NCBI GenBank assembly: GCA_051362555.1 | Contig: CM120642.1 | Coordinates: 4,092,001 to 4,156,000, forward strand | Length of the DNA: 64,000 nt | Source of the DNA: Lingula anatina | Taxonomy: Eukaryota; Animalia; Brachiopoda | Reading direction: 5' to 3' | Shown here: piece after piece, positions 41,001 through 52,657 of the stretch | How the letters are laid out: every line of letters starts with the position of its first letter | Numbering within the stretch: position 1 is the first letter of the stretch | Translations under genes and position numbers: made by a program | The notes under the pieces: model-generated | Told to the model about the DNA's origin: nothing | What the model saw: only the letters and a program-made list of their open reading frames with translations | The model's database searches: none

Positions 41001-42333
41001 CACCATTTCTGTCGGCGGAACTTGTATTTAGACGCTGGCATTGAGTAATGCTTGGCAGCCCAAAAGGTAGAAAAAACTACAGCAAACTTCTCCCGAACTT
41101 GACAAGAAACGTGGGAGTCTACAAACAATACTTAATTCAAAGATATAACCTCATTTCATCAGAAACCTAGACATGCCGTATCCTCAAAAGACACCACGCA
41201 CGCCCTTGGACATTAGAATGAGGTATTGCCACATGCACCCATCCAAATGCTTGGAAAATTACTTGCATTGCAACTGCAAACGCTACTGGCTCTGCCGAAA
41301 TAGTAAGCACAGACGTGACCTGCTGCCATTCTGCTCAGATATTTTATACGAGGTATAATTACTCATGGGAATTTCAACCGCAACTTGAAAATGGTTATGG
41401 GCCATTGCTTTGCTACCAGTAGCTATATCAAATGTTTTGTGAGATTTATGACAGTAAACGTTGCAGTGAAATTATTTACTATAATGTCCAAACTAGCCCA
41501 TTATTTTCAGCAGGGTGAGAGCAACGGCCTATACCAGTCACAGCTGGCTGTAAACAAAGTGAACAAAACGTTTGTGAAACCTTTGCTACAGTACCAAGGA
41601 GTAGTTACATTAAATGAAGGGATACAGCTGTCATTATAATACAGCATTGCAATAGTCCAACCTGGAAGTTACCAATGAATGTATTACAGTAGCAGCAGAT
41701 GATTGATTCAGATATTTCCTTATGATGCCAATATTCCGAATGTTGAATAAACAAGACCTTGTGATGTTAGATATCTGTTTGTTACGAACACCATCGCGAT
41801 GCCTTAGTTTTTTTTATATAAATAACAATGATGTTAAAACTAGGTTAACTGAAAAGGCAGGAATATCTACGCGTATACAAAGTACAAAATAGATCACAAT
41901 CCAGGCAGTAGACGAACTACTTGTACGGATTGGAATGCAGGCATATCAGCACAAACTTTTTAATAATTTGAGCGTTAGGATGTGCATGAACTAACAAAGT
42001 ACTACGATGCTTACACATGTATAGCAGTGGGATTCAAATGAAGGGATACAGCTGTCATAATAACATCCAGCATATCTCTCTCTAGGAAACGTTCCACGCG
42101 ATTCGACCTTCGACGACTTATGATGCCAGTTTCCGCGCACGATTAATTGCTACGTCCCAAATTTTTCTCTGTGGATTGATTCCTGTGTTTTCCTCTAGTT
42201 GGTTTAAGAACAGGAGCCAAAGCATTTAACACGGGATTATTTATTTGACCGTGAGTGTGCTTTTGTGAGAGATCGTTGTGGTGTTAACATAGCTGCTAGG
42301 ACTGGAATTTTTTCGTTTGCCTGAACCAGTGCC

Positions 42334-44486
42334 ATGTACCAGGTTCTTTACAGACTAGGACTCAGCCTTTTTGTAGGCCTACTGTGCCTTACCACTTCTT
42401 GCCACGGAGACAAAATTCTCATGCTGCCGTATGGAGCAACTCGCACTTCCAGAGCTATGAATATGGAGAAGTTGGCCTTGATGTTGACTGAACATGGTCA
42501 TAATGTGACCATGATAGTCAGGGCCGACTACACACCCTGGCGACCCCTACCCGGCGTTGTATTGGAGACGTATAACGTAACTGTCAACGACGGATCACAA
42601 CTACCTCGGAAATTAGATTTCAAAACAATGATGCGGTTGGTGAAATCCGACATTTTTACTCTAATTCATATAGAATCTGAATCTAATCGCGAAACGTGTA
42701 AACACATGTTGTCTGACAAACAACTTATGAGTAATATCAAAAGAGGAACCTTTTCATTGTTCATATTTGATTACTTGGAATTGTGTTCTGCAATTCTTTT
42801 GTATCAGTTAAAACTCCCATCTGTCATGTACTCAAACTATGGATTAACGGGTTTGTGGATTGCAAATCAGAATCCCTTAAATCCAGCCACGACCCTTATG
42901 GAAGGCGCAGACTTTACAAACAATATGAACTACATGGAGCGCTTCAGAAATACAATGCTTTGGATAGCTGCAAATGCATTTTATAACTACTATTACATTA
43001 GAGACATAGAAAATCTACTGTCAACGTTTCTGCCTGATTATAACTTTCCTCCAATTCATCGTTGCTTTGAAAACGTCTCTATAATTATTGCAGCCAATAC
43101 ACATTTTGCCCTTGACTTTCCTAGACCTGTCATGCCTCATATAAAACCAATATCCGGGCTACAGTGGACCCCGCCGCGCCCTCTGTCGTCCGATCTACTT
43201 TCTTTTATGTCGTCTGCTCATCATGGGGTTATACTTATGAGTTTTGGATCTATGATGCCGACGTTGGAAGAGGAGACAGCAGAACTATTTGCTAAGGTGA
43301 ACAATTTACATTTATAGAAATCATTGTGTCTCCAATTGGAAGAATCGTTATTAATGGATTTAAGTGGGGCCTGTTAGTTCCAGCTGCTTGTCCGTAATTA
43401 TTGTAATTACACTCTTGCTGAAGAGAGTTAAACTTAAGCGTTCGTTTTGGTAGTTAGGCGCCTAACAACCCTTGATATTTTATATGTTATCGATAAACGC
43501 ATTTTAAGACATGTTCCTTACATGTTATCATCTTTATTAGCACATGCAATTGCTGCAAATTCACAGTGTTTGCCGTGACAGCCATAGCAACGGTCATAGA
43601 CGTGTATATACAATGTAAACACACACATCGTGGTATATAATTGCCCTTTGACACAAAATATACACACATTGCGCATAATGCATGTAAGCAGATATTACAT
43701 CTGCACGCTTCTGTGCGTAATCTTTTAATTGCGTACTTAATTAATCAGGTCTATATTTGATAAATATATGGCATATAGTGAATTTCCATCTTGTCATATT
43801 GGTTAACTGTGCCACAACTTAATATAATATCTCTTGAATTTTTTACGAAGGTATTTTCCAAGTTTCCACAGAAAGTATTATGGCGATACAAAGGACCTAT
43901 TCCGCCATCTTTAGGGGAAAACACCAAGATCATGGAGTGGATTCCACAAAACGACATTCTAGCTCACCCCGCCATGAAGCTGTTCATCACGCACTGTGGT
44001 ATCAGCAGCACGTGGGAGACGCTGTTCCACGCTGTGCCCGTGGTAGCAGTGCCGCTTTTTGCAGACCAGCATCATAATGCAGCTAAATTGGTGAAAAGGG
44101 CAAAAATTGGGGTTTTAATCGACTTTCATACAATGACACAGATAGAGCTAGAGGAAGCAATCAACGAGGTACTAACTAATGAGAAATACAAACAAAAAGC
44201 GGCAAAGATGTCCGAAATTTTACAAGACGTTCCAATATCAGGAAAGGACGAATTTTTATTCTGGATTGACTACGTGATCCGCCACCGTGGTCCATTATTT
44301 CTTCACAATGAGGCGGTTTTCAAACTGTCATGGTACCAATATTACCTTCTAGATATAATCTTGCCATTTGTCGCTGCATTTCTTTGTTTCACCTTTCTGT
44401 TGAAGGTTTTCGCTGTATGTATGTTTAAGGCGGCTGTACGAGTAATTAGACTCTTGCTAAAGAGAGTTAAACTTAAGCGTTCGTAA
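42334..44486 (+). CDS. UGT: UDP-glycosyltransferase (UDP-glucuronosyltransferase family) copy 1, 532 aa
   Basis: Exons 42334-43296 and 43851-44486 (phase 0, GT-AG). Signal peptide, UGT signature WIPQNDILAHPAMKLFITHCG...PLFADQ, C-terminal TM helix and a KLKRS (KxKxx) ER-retrieval motif. Confidence 0.95.
43410..43678 (+). repeat. Intronic copy of the UGT 3' coding end and 3'UTR
   Basis: Aligns to 44450-44715 and 51727-52000. Confidence 0.88.
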
Positions 44487-44757
44487 TGGTAGTTAGGTGC
44501 CAATCAACCCTTGACGTTTTATATGTTGTTGGTAAACGCTTTTTAAGACATGTTCCTTGGATATTATCATCTTTATTAGCACATGTAATTGCTGCAAATT
44601 CACAGTATTTGCCGAGACAGCTGAAGCAATGGCCATAGACGTGTATATGCAATGTGAACACACACATCGTAGTATATATTTGCCCTTTGACACCAAACAT
44701 ACATACCTTTCGCATCAGTTTTGCTAGTATATACCGTTTGACAATAAAAGTCTCATG

Positions 44758-46985
44758 TTAGTAGTATGAAATGGACGCCAGGTTTACTATCGGTGGGTGG
44801 ATTGTTTGTTTGTTTATTTATTTATTTGTTTATTGGTCTGTCTGTCTGTCTGTCTGTTTGTTTGTTTGTTTGTTTATCTGTCTGTCTGTCTCCTTGCCTG
44901 TCTGTCTGTATGTTTGTTTGTTTGTCTGTCTGTCTGTCTGTTTATCTATTTGTCTGTCTGTCTGTTTATCTGTCTGCCTGTTTGCTTGTTTGTTTGTTTG
45001 TTTGTTTTTGAGGGAGGGGTATCTATGGCTACCAATGCTTTTTTTAATTAATTTTTTTAACGCCTATTTTTTATGTACAGACGCAGTCTGTACATATAGC
45101 CGTCACCTGCGTTTGTCGTTGCCGTCGCCGTCGCCATCGCCGTCGTCGCCGTGCACTCAGAGATAACACGATAAGTGGAATACCGTTTTACTTTTTGTAT
45201 TCAAACTTAAAGGACTGATGAATATTCATAATACGCGGGGTCAAGTTCGAAAATCAGCATCATCGGGCCATTTTTAGGGAAGTTATGCTGTTTTTTCACT
45301 TTTTTCAACATTTTTGCAACACCAATAACACGATAAGTGAAAAACCGTTTTACCATTTGGCTTGAAACTCACGGAACTGATAAATATTCATAATACGCAA
45401 GCCAAGTTCGAAAATCACCGTGACCGGGCAATTTTTATGGAAGTTATGCTGTTTTTTTTTTTGTTTTTTTTTCACTTTTTTGATAACACAATATAAGAAA
45501 AACAGAAAGGCCAATTGTCATTATACTCACAGGAGTTGTCAATTTTACTAAAACACAGGTTGATTTAGAAAATCAGCATAACCGGGCCATTATTTTAGAA
45601 GTTATGCTGTTTTTCACATTTCCTTAGATTAAATTCTTTGGCATGTTAACAGTCTCATTATTGAACTAATAAGATACGTAAAAGTGTTCGTTTGACATTT
45701 CCTGCATCTTTACAACATTGTTAGTTGATTATATAAAAATGATGGTAAACTTGTTATCGTGTATTGTGTAATAAAGTGTCAAAAATGGAAATAAACTCAT
45801 ATCATTGCAGTTTGTCAGATTCAATCATCCACTTTGTTCAGAATCTCAGAATGGAGGAAATTAGACATTTAACACTGTTCTATTGATATTTTTCCCATCT
45901 CATCAATTTTCTTAGTTGATCATATAAAATGGCCGTAAACTGTTTAGATTGTTTTTTAGGATTGGCATGCATTCAAATTAGAAAGCCAGCTCAAGAGGGT
46001 TATCATTTTTTATTGAATTTATGCAATTTTGTGTGAAATTTTCATATTTCTCATTCTGGCATTTTTAAAGTGTGAACTTGAACTCCCATGGGCCTGAAGC
46101 CTTATGCTTGTTACATATTTTACTTACATCGGTATGAGCATAATTAAAATTTGATGTTGAATTTGCAGTTATAATACATAATGTACTTTTGCATCAGAAT
46201 TGACAATAGCCTATTTTGTGCATTGTTATTTTCTGTTTTTTGCCTGTACATTTGACAGCTTTGCTGCCTTGTTTTCTTTGTTTTTGAAAATCTTATATGT
46301 TTTGATTTTAAGTCTCGTCTCATCTTTCAGGTAAAAGTGCGCTTGCACCTAAATTTGCTTCAATAAGCGGGTATACCAGGGCCGTAGCCTGAGCAAAATG
46401 CCAGGGGGGGCAGTAAGCGGAAACGAGGGGGCGAAGCCCCCGAGGGGGGAGGGGGTGGGAGGGGGTGTCCCCCTCCCATGGTGTGGAAAATTTTTAAAAA
46501 CTGTATGTATAATACTGCATTCTGGTGCATTTTAACTGTTATTTATTGCTCAATCAGAAGTCAGAAATTGTGGGTTCATTTTGCCATAAGTACAGTCATT
46601 TTTTCAACACAACACGCCAACTGGACTTTTCGGCATGAACTGAGTTGGCTAAAACAGTACACCTTTGTAAACAGATTGTTGAATGATTGTCTAGTGGCCA
46701 TGACTGTATTTTCTCACAGAATTGATACCAGCTTTGCATTTATTTTTTTTACCTTTGCGATTATTGATTTATTTTTTTTTTTTTTTTGCACCTCAAATCC
46801 CAGGGTGGGGGGGCAGATGCCCCCCCTGCCCCCCCCCCCCCCACCCCCCCGGAGGCTACGGCCCTGTATACAAACAGTAACGCTAAAACGCGCAGCGGAC
46901 ACAGTCCGTATTTGATCGCTCAAGTGCCGTTGTACTCAAACAGGCGTATCAAATATGTCTTAATGGTGTACATACCAAACAGTTA
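44758..46985. repeat. Composite repeat between the UGT genes: (TGTC/TGTT)n microsatellite, Helentron/HINE-like element with ~160-bp tandem units, nested hAT-like MITE
   Basis: Microsatellite 44800-45005, (GCCGTC)n 45120-45150, three tandem units 45162-45620, TIR CAGGGCCGTAGCC at 46377 and 46866. A short inverted relative lies at 19261-19490. Confidence 0.55.
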
Positions 46986-47452
46986 AGCGCACATGCGGGC
47001 GTCCTGTACAATAAATTTTGGGCAACTACGACGTACAATAGAGCGTGTCAACAGTCTTTCTTATAGCTTAGAATAGATTGTGTCAACAATGATGTGGGCA
47101 ACTTTGGCCTACTCGATTACTCTGGCTTACTCTCTTGCAAGTCATAAGGCAGTCTGAAATTGAGTAAGCTTCACTCTATTGTAAGTCAAGGTTGCCCAAT
47201 ATGTAAAATAATATACATTGTGCAAAGTAGGTCACAAACGAGGCAGTAGTCGAACTACCTGTATGGATCTGACCTTGCTGCGTCCTTATTTTTCTCTGTG
47301 GGTTTATTACTGTGTTCAACTTTAGTTTGTCTAGGAACAGGAGCCAAACAATTCAACATAGGACTATTAATTTGACTGTGGATGTGCTTTTGAGAGAGAG
47401 AGCGTTGAGGTATAAATATAACTGCATCTGTTTATTTGCCTGTCCGAGTGCT

Positions 47453-50400
47453 ATGTTCCAGTTTCTTTACAGACCAGGACCCAGCTTCCTTTTAGGTCTA
47501 CTGTACTATACCACTTCTTGTCATGGAGACAACATTCTCATGCTGCCGTATGGAGCAATTCACACCTCCAGAGCTATGAATATGGAGAAGTTGGCCTTGA
47601 TGTTGACTGAACATGGCCATAATGTGACCATGATAGTCAGGGCCGACTACACACCCTGGCGACCCCTACCCGGCGTTGTATTGGAGGCGTATAGCGTTAC
47701 CGTCACCGACGGATCACAACCACCTCAGCTATTGGATTTCAAAACAATGATGCGGTTGGTGAAATCCGACATTTTTACTCTACTCTATATACTATCCGAA
47801 TCTAATCGCGAAACTTGTAAACACATGTTGTCTGACAAACAACTTATGAATAATATCAAAAGAGGAAACTTTTCTTTGTTCATATTTGATTATTTGGAAT
47901 TATGTTCTGCAATACTCGTGCATTATTTACAGCTCCCATCTGTCATGTATTCAAACTTTGGATTAACGGGTTTGTGGATTGTAAATCAAAATCCCGTGAA
48001 TCCAGCAACAACTCCTATGAATAGCGTGGGCTTTACAAACAATATGAACTACATGGAGCGCTTCAGAAATACAATGCTTTGGATAGCTGCAAATACATTT
48101 TATAACTACTATTACATTAGAGACATAAGAAATCTACTGTCAACGTTTCTGCCCGATTATAACTTTCCTCCAATTCATCGTTGCTTTGAAAACGTCTCTA
48201 TTATTATCGCAGCCAATACTCATTATGCCCTTGACTTCCCTAGACCTATCATGCCTCATATAAAAACCATATCCGGGCTACAGTGGACCTCGCCGCGCCC
48301 TCTATCGTCCGATCTTCTGTCTTTCATGTCATCTGCTCATCATGGGGTTATACTAATGAGTTTTGGATCTATGATGCCGACGTTGGAAGAGGAGACAGCA
48401 GAACTATTTGCTAAGGTGAACAATTTACATATATAGAAATCGTTATGCATCCAATTGGAAGAATCATTATTAATGTATTGAAGTGGGTCCTGCTAGTTCC
48501 AGGTACTTGTCCGTAATTGTCTGAATTACAGGGTTACTACTTAATAGTGGGATATTTTTTATCATTGTTATTTTTGAGTGCTGATTACATATTTTTTGGC
48601 TTGATTCATCAAAAAAGTATGTCATTGAGTGATAAAAATATCCAGTCTTCTATTGTGAGATAATTTGGGCAATAATATTAATTCTGACATAAGATGTCAT
48701 TCAAAAGAAAAGAACACCCCCAGAAAACCATATCAACAGTTTGATGTCAGTATTAACTATAAGCTAAAATATTAAAGAAAGTGATAGCCTCCGGACAGTG
48801 ATATGTTACACAATCAAAGAAATCATTACAGTAAACCATGAAAAGTCATCAATAGCGGGTATGACCTCCAGCAGCCGCTTGCAGCGCCCTCATCCTACCT
48901 GGCATACCCTGTGATAAGTTTTATAGAGCTTGGATGGGTATATCATTCCACACAGTGATAATAGCCTGTCGCAGTTCATCACTATTTACCGACCGATGAC
49001 CATAGCTATTAATTCTGTGAGTTACTTCCGCTCAGATTTTCAATTGGGATTACCTGTATATCTGGGGAGTTTGTAGGCCAGGGCAGTTGCTGGACCCATT
49101 GGTTTTGAGGAAAAACAGCGACTCTGCAAGCTCGATGTGGGGTTGCGCAGTTGTCTTGGTACACAAAGTTGTTCCTGAAAATGACTCTTACAAATCGAAG
49201 CATTGTTTGCTGTAGAATGTCTCTGCAGGAACACTGGTTGAGGTTGCCTCCTAGAAAAACCAACTGGTTCTGGGCAAGGGCATGAAATGCTCCCCAAACA
49301 GAGACATTACCATCCCCTGCTTGCACCCTAGGCAGTACACAATCATCGTTTTACGCCTCTCGTACACGTCGGCGGACAAGGATTCGACCGTCAACCCTAA
49401 AGACTCCATATCTGGCCTCATCACTGAAAGCGACGTGATTCCAGTGTTTTGGCTGCAAACGCACGTGATCCTCACCCCATTGCAGACGTCGCTGTGTATG
49501 GCCTGGCCCCCGTTTCACAAAGAATCTTAAATCCGTAGTCGACTAGCTCGGGCTGGGTGACCTAGCTAGGTCGACTACGCTGCAGTCGAGTAGGAGTGTT
49601 TCACAAAGAATCTAACGTCTTAGCTATGCGTGCTTACCGTAGTCGACGCGCACGAGAAACTCTTCAAGAAAAGGAGGTGTAAAGTTTCAAAAGTTTCACA
49701 AGACATGACGTTTCATGGCCTCTTTCGGCCGAGAACGATCGTTTATCAACAATAAAAATCAGCCAAAACACAAACAAAGTTTGTTTTTGAACTTTATTGA
49801 TTAGGTTAACTTCGATAGAACTTCAAAGTAACAGTTAAACATTAGCTTGTCGTGGAACACTGCTGACGGACGTCTTGCGGTCAAAAACATAAACAAACAC
49901 GCAATCGGCTGCGTGAAGTGGCAGTTTATTTTTATTTCAATATTCCATAATAGTCAGTGTTATTCAATTATATTATAACACAATATCTTGAAGGAGGTAT
50001 GTTCTTTCCAAATTTTTGTTGTTAATGCTCTCATTTACCGAGTTTTAGTTGAGCTTGCCGACTTAAGTCTCCTCCCGACGAGGCTAGACATCGTCGACTA
50101 GCAGCTAAGAAAAAAACGACGTAAGCGACCTTTTAGATTCTTTGTGAAACGGGACTTAGTGACGTAACGACTTAATTACGTTGGTAACCAAGGTCTTAGT
50201 CAGGGAAACCGACTTAAGTTTTTTTGTGAAACGGGGGCCTGCTGTTAAAAGTGGTTTTCGTACTGGTCTTCGTGCAAAATAACCGGCTTGAAGTAATCTC
50301 TTACTCACGAGGGACCTTGAAACAGGCGTTTGAATGACATTCTGCCACTCTCTTCTGAGGACACTGGTTGTCTTTGTACGACCAACACGGCACACTCTAA

Positions 50401-51680
50401 GGAGAAGGCGATCCTGTCTTCTTGATGTGTTACGCGGACACCCTGGTTGAGCTATTGGAGTAGGTGCCCCTGTTGTAGCATTTCTTTGAAGGACTTTACT
50501 CACGGTTTCTGATAAATGTTGCACTGCATGGCAATGGCTGTCTGTTTCTGGCCATTTTCTCTGAGAGCAAGAATCCCATAGAAAGCTGCTTTGCTTAGCT
50601 GTCGGACCATGTCTTCTCTAAGGTACCTGTCAAGTTTCAGAGCGATCCCTTTGTTGCTTTTGTAAATACACTCCAAAGATTGGCCAAACCCATGCGTTTT
50701 TATACAAGGGCAGAAATTGCAGAAAAGACCACCCCTCACATTTCTGACCACAGAACATGCAACTACATGCATCAATTGTTTCGAGAGTGTGGTAATTAGT
50801 TAACACACCTTGCTACACATGGACTGACACCTCAGTTTTGGATTTAAAGTATATAGTTAGAGAGAAAATAAATATTTTGTAGAAAATTAACCCGCCAAAA
50901 ATTAATATTCCATATTAAGAAGTAACCCTGTATTTTGATGCCAAATTCATGTTCTTTTCTGCATGTAAGCAGATATTACATCTGCACGCTTCTATGCGTG
51001 ATCTTTTAATTGCGTACTTAATTAATCAGGTCTACATTTGATAAATATGGTATATAGTGAATTTCCATCTTGTCTTATTGGTTAACTGTGCCACAACTTA
51101 ATATTATATCCCCTGAATTTTTTAAAAGGTATTTTCCAAGTTTCCACAGAAAGTATTATGGCGATACAAAGGACCTATTCCACCATCTTTAGGGGAAAAC
51201 ACCAAGATCATGGAGTGGATTCCACAAAACGACATTCTAGCTCACCCCGCCATGAAGCTGTTCATCACGCACTGTGGGATCAGCAGCACGTGGGAGACGC
51301 TGTTCCACGCTGTGCCCGTGGTAGCAGTGCCGCTTTTTGCAGACCAGCATCATAATGCAGCTAAATTGGTGAAAAGGGCAAAAATTGGGGTTTTAATCGA
51401 CTTTCATACAATGACACAGATAGAGCTAGAGGAAGCAATCAACGAGGTACTAAGTAATGAGAAATACAAACAAAATGCGGCAAAGATGTCTGAAATTTTA
51501 CAAGACGTTCCAATATCTGGAAAAGATGAATTTCTATTCTGGGTTGACTACGTGATCCGCCACCGTGGTCCATTATTTCTTCACAATGAGGCGGTTTTCA
51601 AACTGTCATGGTACCAATATTATCTTCTAGATATAATCTTTCCACTTGTCGCCGCATTCTTTGTTTACTCTATCTGTTGA
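47453..51680 (+). CDS. UGT: UDP-glycosyltransferase copy 2, 504 aa as assembled (frameshift in the TM helix removes the cytosolic tail)
   Basis: Exons 47453-48415 and 51129-51680, very similar to copy 1. Net 1-nt loss near 51655-51670; the original tail remains intact in another frame to TAA at 51763. Confidence 0.9.
48529..50930 (-). mobile_element. Full-length degraded Tc1/mariner transposon in the UGT copy 2 intron
   Basis: TIR CAGGGTTACT.CTTAATA, TA flanks at 48527 and 50931. Transposase motifs PGCPR, ARRPVRKPLL, FSDEARY, YQDN, WPTNSPD, AAGGHTRY. Confidence 0.92.
49506..50238. mobile_element. Non-autonomous Harbinger-type element nested in the Tc1 transposase
   Basis: TIR GCCCCCGTTTCACAAA, 3-bp TSD CTG (49503-05 and 50239-41). 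Removing it restores PLLTAGHTQRRLQW. Confidence 0.85.
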
Positions 51681-52657
51681 AGGTTTTCGTTGTGTGTATG
51701 TTTAAGGCGGCTGTACGAGTAATTAGACTCTTGCTGAAGAGAGTTAAACTTAAGCGTTCGTAATGGTAGTTAGGCGCCGACCAACCTTTGATATTTTATA
51801 TTTTATTGATAAACGCTTTTTAAGACATGTTTCCTGGATAATATCACCTTTATATTAGCATGTGTAACTGGTTTTAATTCACAGTGTTTGTCGTAACAGC
51901 TGAAGCAATGGCCATAGTCGTGTATATACAATGTATATATAGACTCGCTGTAGTATACATGTACATTTTCCTCTTGACACTAAATTAAAATACATATGCA
52001 TCAGTTGTGCTAGTACCATTCGAAAATAAACTTTTCTTGTTACCTTCGCTTTTAAGATGGTGGTTTTGGCCGTTTTTCCCCTCCACCTTTGGCGAATATA
52101 CCCAGTCTCTTTAAAACTTGGAGAAGAATTCCCACACGATTAAATTTTTCAGATATATAATCAGATATCATTATTTATAATTCGTACTCTAAGTAATAAT
52201 CAAAGAACAAATGTTAACAAAATGACATTTGCAATATACAATTGCGTGGATTTGTTTCCTTATAAAACCGAATGATTACAGTATACTAGCCTTGGAGACT
52301 CTTGTGAATTCATGCACACACACGTATATACCTGTAGCTGGCCTAACTATAGTGAGCTCAACTTACATTACTATAAGCACTCAATGCCAATACCTGACAC
52401 AGCACTGACTATATATACAGCTACACAATTGTGAAATAATGCAATGGTAAATTTGTTTCTTATTGAAGAGCCATCATAGTTCTCACTATTTACGTGACAC
52501 TACCCTGTATTGTATGCTCTGTTTTCCTGGTGTGTACAAGGTAGTACTTGAATGCTCTGATATAATCTCGCTGACACAGTAGTTTAAGATTTTCATAGAA
52601 TGTCCATTTCAGATGAAGACCATGCAATGAGACTCTTGGAAACTGGGCAGGGGTTCT

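Noticed and set aside
44766-45166. Three overlapping hydrophobic ORFs (CLSV/CLFV repeats) resembling membrane proteins
   Set aside because: They are translations of a TGTC/TGTT microsatellite.
45162-45620. Regularly spaced repeats as a CRISPR-like array
   Set aside because: Whole ~160-bp units are similar with no unique spacers, the context is eukaryotic and no cas genes are present.
47312-47452. 47-aa N-terminal extension of UGT copy 2 in the ORF track
   Set aside because: Non-ATG start; the paralog and the signal peptide place the start at 47453.
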